Under the pieces are notes generated by a model. The model was not told where the DNA came from. It saw only the letters and a list, made by a program, of their open reading frames with translations, and searched no databases. A DNA stretch of 64,000 nucleotides, from positions 800,001-864,000 of the forward strand of contig CAXXDQ010000004.1 of the NCBI GenBank assembly GCA_963664325.2, written 5' to 3'. The stretch is from Desulfomonilia bacterium (GTDB taxonomy: Bacteria; Desulfobacterota; Desulfomonilia; UBA1062). Of this stretch, positions 18,134-27,359 are shown piece after piece. Within the stretch, counting starts at the first letter, position 1; every line of letters begins with the position of its first letter. The translations under genes were made by a program, and so were the position numbers.

Positions 18134-19074
18134 CGCCGTTGTTCCGAGATGAGAGACATCACCTGTCTGAGTGATGGTATTCCTGCGCGGGCGCCGATCG
18201 AGCCGCAAGACAGGAAAGCGGCAGCATTCGCGAACTCGGCGCATTTTTCAGGGGGCCAGCCGCTCAGAAGACCGTGGATGTAACCTCCGTGGAAAACGTC
18301 GCCTGCACCGGTGGTGTCGACTATGGCGCCTTTAGCTTTGTATCCCGGCGATATGAATTTGCGCTGGGCCGTTGCGCCTATGCAGCCCTTTTCCCCAAGG
18401 GTGATCAGTGCGACTTTCGGGCCCCGCTCGAGGATCTTCCATACTGCGTCTTCCGGTTTTGCCTTTTCACCGAAATACTTGCGCACAAACGTATGGGAAG
18501 CAATGAAGTGATCCGTGTGGGTGAACAGCTCATCCATCCGCTCGCGCGGCCTGCCCAGGTCGATCACGGTTTCACCGCCCCGTTCCCGCACGAGCTGCAT
18601 CGCTTTCAGCGCAACCTGAGTTTCGTTGCCGTCTACGTGAAGCACCCGGCAGAACGGGAGGTTCTTTCTGGCGGCGACCCTCGCAGGCAACGGTATCACG
18701 CGCTCGCGCCCGAGGACCATCGTCCGGGTTCCTTTCGACATGTCGATCCACACAAACGCCTTTTTCGTCTCTGTTTTCTTTGACAGAATCATGTGGGCGG
18801 TATCGACTCCGAAACTCTCCATCTCTCTGGTGATAAAGCGTCCTTCGTCATCGTCGCCCGCTATTCCGATCATAGCAACATTGCGCTTCCATTTTCCCAG
18901 CGCCACCAGCGCGGTTACGACCGGCGCGCCGCCCTGATGGATATATTTCTTCGCCACTGTTTTGTCGTCTATTGCAGGGAATTTGTCGAGCAGGCACTGA
19001 TAATCGACAACACAGAATCCCAGGCCGATGCAATCGTATAAATTTTGTCCGCCTGACTTCAGGATTTTCTTCAT
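18124..19074 (-). CDS. PfkB-family carbohydrate kinase
   Basis: QGGAPVVTA, ITLGEKG, VDTTGAGDVFHGG. Confidence 0.9.
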   Translation of the reverse strand: MKKILKSGGQNLYDCIGLGFCVVDYQCLLDKFPAIDDKTVAKKYIHQGGAPVVTALVALGKWKRNVAMIGIAGDDDEGRFITREMESFGVDTAHMILSKKTETKKAFVWIDMSKGTRTMVLGRERVIPLPARVAARKNLPFCRVLHVDGNETQVALKAMQLVRERGGETVIDLGRPRERMDELFTHTDHFIASHTFVRKYFGEKAKPEDAVWKILERGPKVALITLGEKGCIGATAQRKFISPGYKAKGAIVDTTGAGDVFHGGYIHGLLSGWPPEKCAEFANAAAFLSCGSIGARAGIPSLRQVMSLISEQRRCR

Positions 19075-19542
19075 TATTCCAGATCTCCGGAAAACAATTT
19101 CCCAAGTACGGCAGGGCGGAATAGCTTCTGGCGGAGATGATCAATACAGCCGCCTTAAGTCGAGTATGCTTTTATCCTGATGACAGCAGCTTCTCTTTGG
19201 CGTGAGCAGCTTCAGCCCGTGCGATTTGAATGCCTTCAATAATGACATGAACTCGCCCTGGGATAAATTGAATACACAAAGAAAAAGTGATGTATGTCAA
19301 GAAGAAAAAATCTCAAGATAAAGTGGCCTTTCTCATTACATCCCGTGAAGATAATGACAAACAGATTCCAAAATGTTAGCGGGATGACCCAAGATACGAT
19401 GACCTTGCTCCACGGCCGATAGCAGGAGTTTTTGCATGTGCTAAGCTGTAGCATGGCGCATTCCGACATTTTAAATATCATCAAATTCAGCATTTAAAAA
19501 AGGAGGATCATCATAGTATCCTGTCATTTGTTTAAAATGTCA

Positions 19543-19578
19543 TTGACAATTAACACTGATATTTGTAAACGTTTACAA
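19543..19578 (+). promoter_or_regulatory. Sigma70-like promoter overlapped by a LacI-family operator
   Basis: TTGACA at 19543; perfect 16-bp palindrome TTGTAAACGTTTACAA (19563-19578) with central CG covering the -10 region; LacI gene is in the downstream operon. Confidence 0.8.
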
Positions 19579-19606
19579 TAAATCAATCCGAGTTAGGACC
19601 AGGGAA

Positions 19607-20626
19607 ATGAATATGCCAATTTTTACCGTAGCAGTGATCGGTGCCGGACGTATGGGCTCGATCCACATAACCAACATCATGGATCATATGACCTCTGTAA
19701 CCATCAGCGGGGTGTATGACACGGACCCTGGTGCCGCCGATAAGGAGATCATACGAAAGTATGGTCTTATCTGTTACGGCTCCGACTCCGAAATATGGCG
19801 GGATACAACAGTTGATGCAGTTTGCATCTGCTCTCCTACCACGACCCATCTGGAGTACATTCGAAAAGCCGCCCGCGCAGGAAAGCATATCTTCTGCGAG
19901 AAGCCGATCGGTGAGGATATCTCCGGGATCAAGGAAACTCTTAAAATAGTAAAGTCTGCCGGTGTGACCCTGATGGTCGGATTCAACCGCCGTTTCGACA
20001 ACAATTTCCAGCGGGCGGCGAGCGCGGTCAGGAAGGGGGAGATCGGATCTCCCCATGTAGTTAAGATTACCTCCCGCGATCCCCATCCGCCTTCAATGGA
20101 ATTCATCAAAACCTCGGGCGGGCTTTTTTTCGATATGAGCATACATGACTGGGACATGGCCCGCTTCCTCATGGGGGCCGAGATCGAATCGGTATACGCC
20201 ACCGGTTCGAACCTTGTTGACCCGGAGATAGGCAAGCTCGGTGACATCGATACCGCCGCAGCAGTGCTGCGTTTCACATCAGGGGCTATTGCCGTTATCG
20301 ACAACTCGCGCCAGGCCGTATACGGTTATGACCAGCGTATCGAGATATTCGGCTCAAAGGGATCGGTCGTCATCGGCAACCAGCCGACCAACACGGCTTG
20401 CATCAGCACGGCTGAATGCATAAAACACGATTCCATCCCGCACTTTTTCATAAACCGGTATATGCAGTCGTACTGCGACGAGCTGAAAATGTTTTTTGAA
20501 ACCCTAGAAAAAAAGGGGCCGTCCCCGGTATCCGGCGAAGACGGGCTTGCTGCGGTAAAGATAGCCCGCGCGGCGCTCATATCTCACAGGGAAAACCGCC
20601 CGGTTTCATTAAAAGAGGTGGAATAG
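19607..20626 (+). CDS. iolG: Inositol 2-dehydrogenase-like Gfo/Idh/MocA oxidoreductase
   Basis: GAGRMG, CEKP, GFNRRFD, SRDP, DMSIHDWD, YGYDQRIE. Confidence 0.85.
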   Translation: MNMPIFTVAVIGAGRMGSIHITNIMDHMTSVTISGVYDTDPGAADKEIIRKYGLICYGSDSEIWRDTTVDAVCICSPTTTHLEYIRKAARAGKHIFCEKPIGEDISGIKETLKIVKSAGVTLMVGFNRRFDNNFQRAASAVRKGEIGSPHVVKITSRDPHPPSMEFIKTSGGLFFDMSIHDWDMARFLMGAEIESVYATGSNLVDPEIGKLGDIDTAAAVLRFTSGAIAVIDNSRQAVYGYDQRIEIFGSKGSVVIGNQPTNTACISTAECIKHDSIPHFFINRYMQSYCDELKMFFETLEKKGPSPVSGEDGLAAVKIARAALISHRENRPVSLKEVE

Positions 20627-20647
20627 GGCCCTATCGGTATTAATAAA

Positions 20648-21643
20648 ATGAACGCAACCATAAAAGACATCGCTAAAAGACTGGATATATCTTATGCCAC
20701 GGTTTCCCGGGCCCTGAACGACCGGTACGGAGTCCATCCGAAAACGAAGGAAAGAATATTGGCGATGGCGCAGGATATGAACTATCTCCCCAATGCAATC
20801 GCCCGCGGGCTGGTCAGGCAGCGCACGGAAACCATCGGCCTCGTGATCCCGGATATCACCAACCCCTTTTTTCCTGAAGTGGCCCGCGGAATCGAGGACA
20901 GGGCGGAAGAAAAAGGATACAGCGTATTGCTCTGCAACACCAACTGGGAGCAGGAGCGTGAGGCACGCTACCTTTCGCTTCTCAGGGAAAAACGGGTTGA
21001 CGGCATTATTCTTGCTCCCGTATCCAACAAGTCTCTGTTTGACCGGGAGTTTGATGACAAAGCGCGGCCTCTCGTATTCGTCAGCGAAGTCCGGCGAGGC
21101 ATGGGTAAAAGCTATGTGGCCATAGACAATATCCACGGAGGATACATCGCAACCCGGCATCTCATACAGAAAGGATACAAACGAATCGGCTTTTTCGGCG
21201 CGGCAGAGGACGAACTCACCAGTGAAGAGAGATATCAGGGATATACCAAGGCATTGAAAGAGGCCGGAATTAAGGAAAGAAAAAAATTCATCAGGTTCGG
21301 CGATTACAGCACAAACACAGGCAACAGGCTCATAACAGGCATGATAAAAAAAGGTGACTATCCCGACGCGGTATTCGCGGTGAATGACCTGTTTGCGCTC
21401 AGCGTCATGCAGGGAATCCGGGAAGCAGGGCTCAGAATACCCGGGGATATAGCGGTGATCGGCTTTGATGACATCCCTTTTGCATCTTTCCCGGAAATCC
21501 AGCTAACTACAATCGCCCAGCCTAAATACCAGATGGGCCGTATTGCGGCGGATCTGCTGCTGGAACAGATACATGAAAAATCAGGCGCAAAAAAAAAGGA
21601 GATCATCCTTGAAACAGAACTCATCGAGAGGGGGACTGCATAA
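20648..21643 (+). CDS. LacI-family transcriptional regulator
   Basis: TIKDIAKRLDISYATVSRALN helix-turn-helix, PNAIARGL hinge, GFDD. Confidence 0.95.
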   Translation: MNATIKDIAKRLDISYATVSRALNDRYGVHPKTKERILAMAQDMNYLPNAIARGLVRQRTETIGLVIPDITNPFFPEVARGIEDRAEEKGYSVLLCNTNWEQEREARYLSLLREKRVDGIILAPVSNKSLFDREFDDKARPLVFVSEVRRGMGKSYVAIDNIHGGYIATRHLIQKGYKRIGFFGAAEDELTSEERYQGYTKALKEAGIKERKKFIRFGDYSTNTGNRLITGMIKKGDYPDAVFAVNDLFALSVMQGIREAGLRIPGDIAVIGFDDIPFASFPEIQLTTIAQPKYQMGRIAADLLLEQIHEKSGAKKKEIILETELIERGTA

Positions 21644-22479
21644 TGAAACCGACCAGCGAGATTTTAGGATATTCACCGGATGCGAGATTGCTCATCATCA
21701 ACATCGACGACTTCGGGTTCTGTCATACGGCTAATATCTCGGCAATTCAAACGATGAAGCACGGCCTGGCAAGCTCATTGACAGTCATGGTCCCCTGTCC
21801 GTGGGGCCTGCACGGGTTGAAGCTCCTTGCCGAGAACCCGGACATTCCCTTCGGTGTTCACCTCACGGCCATGAGCGAACATGAAATCTTCAGATGGGGG
21901 CCGGTATGCCCGCCTGATGAGGTGCCGAGTCTTGTGGCCGAGCGCGGCTTTTTCCCTACGGAAGATGAGAGAGACGGCTTCATATCGAGGATAAACGTCA
22001 AAGACATCGAAAAGGAATTCAGGAAACAGATCGAGATCGTCTTTAATGCAGGGCTCAGTCCCAACCATCTGGACAGCCATTGCAACATCCATGACAGCCG
22101 GGAAGACATCTTCGATATGACTGTGGGGCTGGCAAGAGAATACGGACTGGCGCTGAGGGTCCACGAGCCGCGTTTTTTAAAGAAACTGAAAGAGAAGGGA
22201 TACGCAGTTATCGATTACCCGGATGTGGACAGTTTCAGGCTTCCGACCGAGGGAAAGGATGCGCTGTATAAAAAGATGCTCAGGGAACTGCCGCCAGGGC
22301 TCTCCGAGTGGGGTATACATCCGGCAAGAGAAACCGACGAACTGAAAAGCATTACCGACGAGTGGCCGGTGCGCGACGCCGATTACCGCTTCTTCAATTC
22401 CGAACTGGCCAGACAGGTCGTTCAAGAGGAAGGGATAAAGATAATTACATACAAGGAACTGCAGAAGTTCTGGAAATAA
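21643..22479 (+). CDS. ChbG/HpnK (YdjC) family carbohydrate deacetylase
   Basis: INIDDFG, GVHLT, HLDSH, IHP motifs. Confidence 0.85.
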   Translation: MKPTSEILGYSPDARLLIINIDDFGFCHTANISAIQTMKHGLASSLTVMVPCPWGLHGLKLLAENPDIPFGVHLTAMSEHEIFRWGPVCPPDEVPSLVAERGFFPTEDERDGFISRINVKDIEKEFRKQIEIVFNAGLSPNHLDSHCNIHDSREDIFDMTVGLAREYGLALRVHEPRFLKKLKEKGYAVIDYPDVDSFRLPTEGKDALYKKMLRELPPGLSEWGIHPARETDELKSITDEWPVRDADYRFFNSELARQVVQEEGIKIITYKELQKFWK

Positions 22480-22498
22480 TAGAAGGGGGAAATAAATT

Positions 22499-23701
22499 AT
22501 GCCTGGACCCGGAGCATATTTAATAGATGAAGAAGAGTACAACGAAGTTGTCGATGTCCTGAAAGCGAAGCATATCAGCAGGTACGGGAGTGACGACGAT
22601 CCTTCATTCAGACAGAAGGTGCATACCCTTGAAAGGGAATTCGCATCAGCAATGAACGCGCAGTTCAGCGTCGCGGTCAATTCCGGGACAAGCGCGCTGA
22701 TGGCCTCTCTTGTAGCCCTGGGCATAGGCCGCGGCGACGAAGTCCTGGTGCCGGGGTATACCTTTATCGCATCCATGTCATCCATAATAGCCATAGGCGG
22801 CACCCCTGTGCTTGTCGAGGTGGACGAGTCCCTCACCATGGACCCCGCAGACTTGGAGAAGAAGATAACGAAAAAGACAAAGGCCGTCATGCCGGTTCAC
22901 ATGCTGGGCAATCCCTGCAACATGAAGGCGATATGCGAAATAGCCGGCAGACACAAACTGTCTGTAGTCGAAGACTGCTGCCAGGCGCTGGGTGGAACAT
23001 TTCAGGGAAAGCGTCTAGGAACGTGGGGAAATATCGGGGCCTATTCGCTGAATGTCTACAAAGTAATCAGCGCAGGGGATGCCGGCATCCTCGTAACCGA
23101 CGACAGGGGACTCTACGAGCGCGCCTTCGGATTCCACGACCAGGGACATTTGCCCCACCGCAAGGGCGTCGAGATAGGGAACCGGAGCCTGATCGGCATT
23201 AATATGCGCATGAACGAGCTCACGGGTGCCTTTGCCCTGGCACAGCTCAGAAAGCTGGAACGCATCCTCACGCTCCTCAAGGAGAAGAAAGCGAGGTTTA
23301 AAGAAGCCCTCTCTGACGCAGGCCTCAAGGGGATGCATTTCAGGACCATAAACGACCCCGGCGAGTGCAACACGCTGCTTACGGTCATCTTCGAATCTGC
23401 GGAGCTGGCCGAAAGGGCGGCGAAAGCGCTGGGGACGAAAACGCTCAACAAGAGCGGATGGCATGTGTACAACAACATGGAGCAGATGATCGCATGGAGG
23501 GATGAAGATGGAAACGCGCCGATCAGGAAAAATATGCTGCCGAGGACCGATGACATCCTTTCACGGAGCCTGAACTTTAGCGTCGGCGTTGTCGACGGCG
23601 GCATAGGGTCCGATTTCGGTATAACCATACTCTCAAACGACAGTGAAATAGACAGGAAAGCCGAGGAATTTGTAAAGCGGATCAAACCTATTATCGATTA
23701 A
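22499..23701 (+). CDS. DegT/DnrJ/StrS sugar aminotransferase (KdnA-like subgroup)
   Basis: NSGTSAL, PVHMLG, EDCCQA, SLNVYK (PLP lysine). Confidence 0.9.
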   Translation: MPGPGAYLIDEEEYNEVVDVLKAKHISRYGSDDDPSFRQKVHTLEREFASAMNAQFSVAVNSGTSALMASLVALGIGRGDEVLVPGYTFIASMSSIIAIGGTPVLVEVDESLTMDPADLEKKITKKTKAVMPVHMLGNPCNMKAICEIAGRHKLSVVEDCCQALGGTFQGKRLGTWGNIGAYSLNVYKVISAGDAGILVTDDRGLYERAFGFHDQGHLPHRKGVEIGNRSLIGINMRMNELTGAFALAQLRKLERILTLLKEKKARFKEALSDAGLKGMHFRTINDPGECNTLLTVIFESAELAERAAKALGTKTLNKSGWHVYNNMEQMIAWRDEDGNAPIRKNMLPRTDDILSRSLNFSVGVVDGGIGSDFGITILSNDSEIDRKAEEFVKRIKPIID

Positions 23702-23708
23702 GGGGGGG

Positions 23709-25004
23709 ATGCCTATGTGGTACGTGGCGGGCATTGTCTGCATCTGCTTCATACTTGTGCTGCTGCTGAAACCGCGGAACAGGGGAGGAGCTCATGACGG
23801 CTATTTCAAGTCAGTAAATGAGGTCCTTAAAAAGGAAACCGACGGAACACCGAAGATATTCTGCGACCTTGACCGTCTCGACAGGAATATCGAGCGCATG
23901 ATGGAAACATTAGGCAGCGGAAGAACAGTCAGGATCGTCGACAAGTCCCTTCCCTGTTATGACCTTCTCCGTTATGTCATGGGTAAAATGGGGACTAAGA
24001 AACTGATGTGTTTCCATACCCCGTTCATTCCGTCGATCCTTGCCGAACTGGGATACGACATCGATATTCTCATGGGCAAGCCTCTTCCCGTGAGATCCGC
24101 CGAGGGATTTTTTCAAGCCATTGCAGATAAGGAAAAGGCAGCGCTGGCGATCAAGTGGCTCATTGATACGCCGCAGCGTCTCTTGGAATACCGGAGCCTT
24201 GCCGAAAAAATGAACCTCACGATGCAACTGAGCATAGAGCTCAACATCGGCCTCAACCGTGGAGGGGTGACCAGCATTGAAATGCTTCATGAAATGATGG
24301 AGACGATAAGGTCAAACCCGAAAACACTTTGCTTTACGGGATTCATGGGCTACGAGGGGCATGTGCCACATGTGCCCGCTCTCTTCAATCACGTATCGGC
24401 CATTCAAAAAGAGCTGAAAAAGACAATGGACCGATACCATGAATACTGCCGGTACGCAGAAGAGAACTTCAGGGAAGTTTACTCGAAGGCAACGACATTC
24501 AACACAGGCGGCAGCGGAACCGTCAGTTTTTACCATGACAGGTTTCCTGAAATGGAACTTGCAGCCGGAGGCGCCTTCCTAAGGCCGGCAAGCTATCCGG
24601 ACGTTTCCCTAAAAGGCTTCGAGCCGGCCATGTTCATCGCAGCACCCGTCATCAGCAAACCGGGCCCTGTAAAGATACCTTTTGTGGAGTTTCTGACTCC
24701 GCTTGTAACATGGTGGAATCCGAACATGTTGCAGTCCGTCTGTGTGTATGGTGGCGGATGGGCGGGACAGTTTATTTCCCCGCCCGGGATCGATCCGCTC
24801 AATATGCTGAACGATCCTCCGAACCAGAACCTGCTGCCTAACCAGTCCCTGCTGGGCATATCCGACAGGACGCCGCTCTCCATCGGGGATTATATCTTTT
24901 ACTGGCCCAAGCAAAGTGACGCGATGTTTCAGTTCCACAATCTGCTTACCATTCGGGGAGGTGCGATCACAGGCGAGTGGAAGACCTTCCCGTTCGGATT
25001 TTAG
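23709..25004 (+). CDS. DSD1-like fold-type III PLP enzyme with an N-terminal membrane anchor
   Basis: TP..CDLDRLDRN, RIVDKSLP, GLNRGG, GFMGYEGH, TGGSGT. Confidence 0.75.
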   Translation: MPMWYVAGIVCICFILVLLLKPRNRGGAHDGYFKSVNEVLKKETDGTPKIFCDLDRLDRNIERMMETLGSGRTVRIVDKSLPCYDLLRYVMGKMGTKKLMCFHTPFIPSILAELGYDIDILMGKPLPVRSAEGFFQAIADKEKAALAIKWLIDTPQRLLEYRSLAEKMNLTMQLSIELNIGLNRGGVTSIEMLHEMMETIRSNPKTLCFTGFMGYEGHVPHVPALFNHVSAIQKELKKTMDRYHEYCRYAEENFREVYSKATTFNTGGSGTVSFYHDRFPEMELAAGGAFLRPASYPDVSLKGFEPAMFIAAPVISKPGPVKIPFVEFLTPLVTWWNPNMLQSVCVYGGGWAGQFISPPGIDPLNMLNDPPNQNLLPNQSLLGISDRTPLSIGDYIFYWPKQSDAMFQFHNLLTIRGGAITGEWKTFPFGF

Positions 25005-25053
25005 GAAAGGTATCGTGTATCAGAACATTATTGAATAAAAAGGAGGTTAATCC

Positions 25054-26427
25054 ATGAAAAAAGGTTATGTAGTTCCCCTGCTGGAAAAAATAGCCTTCGG
25101 CGTTGGGGACATGCCCGGCAATCTGACCTACCCGGCCCTTCAATTTTATTTCGTTTACTACATTGTAAACATTTCAGGTGTTCCCGCGCATCTTGCCGCC
25201 CTCGTCTATCCGATAGGCAGGGTGTGGGGCGCGATCCTGGACGTCATCATCGGAAGGATTTCCGATCGAACGGAAAGCAGGTTCGGACGGCGGCGGCCCT
25301 ACCTTCTTTTCGGCGCGATACCGCTCGGTTTGTCTTTCGTGCTTCTCTGGCTCATTCCGTTCAAATCCACGACTGCCATGTTCGTGTATTACCTTGCCGT
25401 GGTGGTGCTGTTCAACACCATATTCAGCATAACGACCATCCCGTATAACGCGCTTCACCCTGAATTGACCCAGAACTATGACGAGCGGACGACACTGTCC
25501 GGATTCAGGATAGTCTGTTCTTTCGTTGCCAATATAATCGCAGCCGCAGGGGTTGCGGTCATCGTCGACAATATCTATCCGGGTCGCCAGGCGTACAGGG
25601 AAAGCTATCCGGTCATGGGGTGGATCGTTGCCGCCCTGGTCGTGATCATGTACCTTTTCACATTCACGTTCACTAAGGAACGGGTGAAACCCGAAACCAG
25701 GGAAACAGAGGGAATTATACAGACGTTGAAATCTTTCTGGAAAATGAAAGAGTTCAGAAGCGTCCTTGCCATTTTCCTCTTCAATCAGATAGGGGCGGAT
25801 GTCTTCATGTTCATTATCATTTTCTTTTTGAAAGATGTCATCATGATTCCGGAAGACACCACCTTTATCATTATGGGCATCCCTATCATCACTGCGATCG
25901 TAGTGGCGCCATTCTGGGTCTGGATGGGGTCGCGTCTGGGGAAACCGAAGACGCTTACCATATCGTCCATTTACTTTGCCTCGGTACTGCTTTTCTGTCT
26001 CCTTGCCCCTGTGAAAAACCTCTACTTCGTGATCGGCATCGCAATATTCATCGGCATCGGCATGTCGGCTTCGCAAGTCCTTATCTGGTCCATTATGCCT
26101 GATGTGATCGAAATCGACGAATACGAGAACGGGGAAAGGCGGGAAGGAGCCTTTTACGGCATTACATCACTTATCTATAAGGCGGCCTCTGCGGTAGCTG
26201 TAGCCGCTGCAGGGTCTTTGATCGCCTGGTTCGGATATGTGGAAAACAGTGCGGCACAGCCGCAGTCGTCGCTCACGGCCATACGGTTTCTTATGGGCAT
26301 AGGCCCGGCAATGTTCTTCCTGCTGACTGCCATTACGGTGAGCAGGCTGCCGATAACGAAAGAGCGTTTCGAAGAGGTCATGAAAGCGCTTGACGAACGG
26401 AAGAAGCAGAAACAGCAGGCTGTATAA
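25054..26427 (+). CDS. GPH (MelB-like) MFS sugar:cation symporter
   Basis: SDRTESRFGRRRPY, PYNALHPELT, MPDVIEIDE..GERREG. Confidence 0.9.
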   Translation: MKKGYVVPLLEKIAFGVGDMPGNLTYPALQFYFVYYIVNISGVPAHLAALVYPIGRVWGAILDVIIGRISDRTESRFGRRRPYLLFGAIPLGLSFVLLWLIPFKSTTAMFVYYLAVVVLFNTIFSITTIPYNALHPELTQNYDERTTLSGFRIVCSFVANIIAAAGVAVIVDNIYPGRQAYRESYPVMGWIVAALVVIMYLFTFTFTKERVKPETRETEGIIQTLKSFWKMKEFRSVLAIFLFNQIGADVFMFIIIFFLKDVIMIPEDTTFIIMGIPIITAIVVAPFWVWMGSRLGKPKTLTISSIYFASVLLFCLLAPVKNLYFVIGIAIFIGIGMSASQVLIWSIMPDVIEIDEYENGERREGAFYGITSLIYKAASAVAVAAAGSLIAWFGYVENSAAQPQSSLTAIRFLMGIGPAMFFLLTAITVSRLPITKERFEEVMKALDERKKQKQQAV

Positions 26428-26457
26428 ATCGGGAAAAAAACAAGAAGGGGGGAAAAT

Positions 26458-27273
26458 ATGGCCAGTTCATTCATCAAGGAAACCATGCTGGAAATGACGT
26501 GGGTTGAGATTAAGGAGGCGGCCGAAAAAGATGCGGTCGTACTGTTCCCCATAGGTGTCGTGGAAGAGCACGGGCCGCATATGACGGTTTCTGCCGATAT
26601 ATATCTGTCGTATCTGGTTGCCCGTGAAGCCCGGAAGTGTCTGTTGCAACAGGGAAAAGAGTCAATCATTGCGCCGCCCTTTTATTGGGGAATAAACGGG
26701 ACCACGGTCAAATTTCCCGGTTCGTTCGTCGTCACCAGACAGACAATGACGGCAATTCTGATCGAACTCCACATGTCGCTAAAAAACTGGGGTTTTAAAA
26801 AAATTGTGGACATCCCGGGTCATGGCGAGACGGACCATCTTCTCGCCATAGAGGATGCCTTGAAAGTCGTATATGAAAACACTGGCGAAGGGGTCTATAT
26901 GGTCCTGCCGACATTCATGGCCGAAAAGGCGGGAGTCAAAAAGAGTCCGTATATCGTTTTGATTGATGTTCCTGAACTGTCGAGTGAGGACCCCGATTCA
27001 TATCTGGATATTCATGCGGGAGCCCTCGAGGTTTCACCGATGCTGCATTTTTTCCCGGACATTGTAAACACGGAAATACTCAAGACACTGAAACCGACCG
27101 AGTTGACCTTGAAAGACTACCGGCTGTGGGAAGAGGGAGGAGAATTCTTCGACCGGACATCGCCCCTGGGATACGCGGGTGATCCGGCTTCAGCCAATCC
27201 GGAATTGGGCAGGATTATGATTCAAACATTCGTAGAAGAATCGGTAAAAACCATGATGGATAAACTGAGATAA
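26458..27273 (+). CDS. Creatininase-family amidohydrolase
   Basis: EMTW, PIGVVEEHGPH..D, GHG, DIHAG..E. Confidence 0.85.
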   Translation: MASSFIKETMLEMTWVEIKEAAEKDAVVLFPIGVVEEHGPHMTVSADIYLSYLVAREARKCLLQQGKESIIAPPFYWGINGTTVKFPGSFVVTRQTMTAILIELHMSLKNWGFKKIVDIPGHGETDHLLAIEDALKVVYENTGEGVYMVLPTFMAEKAGVKKSPYIVLIDVPELSSEDPDSYLDIHAGALEVSPMLHFFPDIVNTEILKTLKPTELTLKDYRLWEEGGEFFDRTSPLGYAGDPASANPELGRIMIQTFVEESVKTMMDKLR

Positions 27274-27359
27274 CTGGAATGTAGCAGTGCCGGGCATTCC
27301 GGACGGGACAAGGGCAATCGGAATATCCGGTACGGCCGTAAAGACCCGGGAGGGAATTA

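Noticed and set aside
17096-18283. 395-aa plus-strand ORF
   Set aside because: Antisense shadow of the aldolase/SIS/kinase genes in GC-rich DNA; no motifs
19075-19500. Remnant gene upstream of the PfkB kinase (…DHLRQKLFRPAVLGKLFSGDLE*)
   Set aside because: Frame is open for only about 26 codons; cannot be assigned
25174-26076. 300-aa minus-strand ORF
   Set aside because: Antisense to a clear GPH transporter
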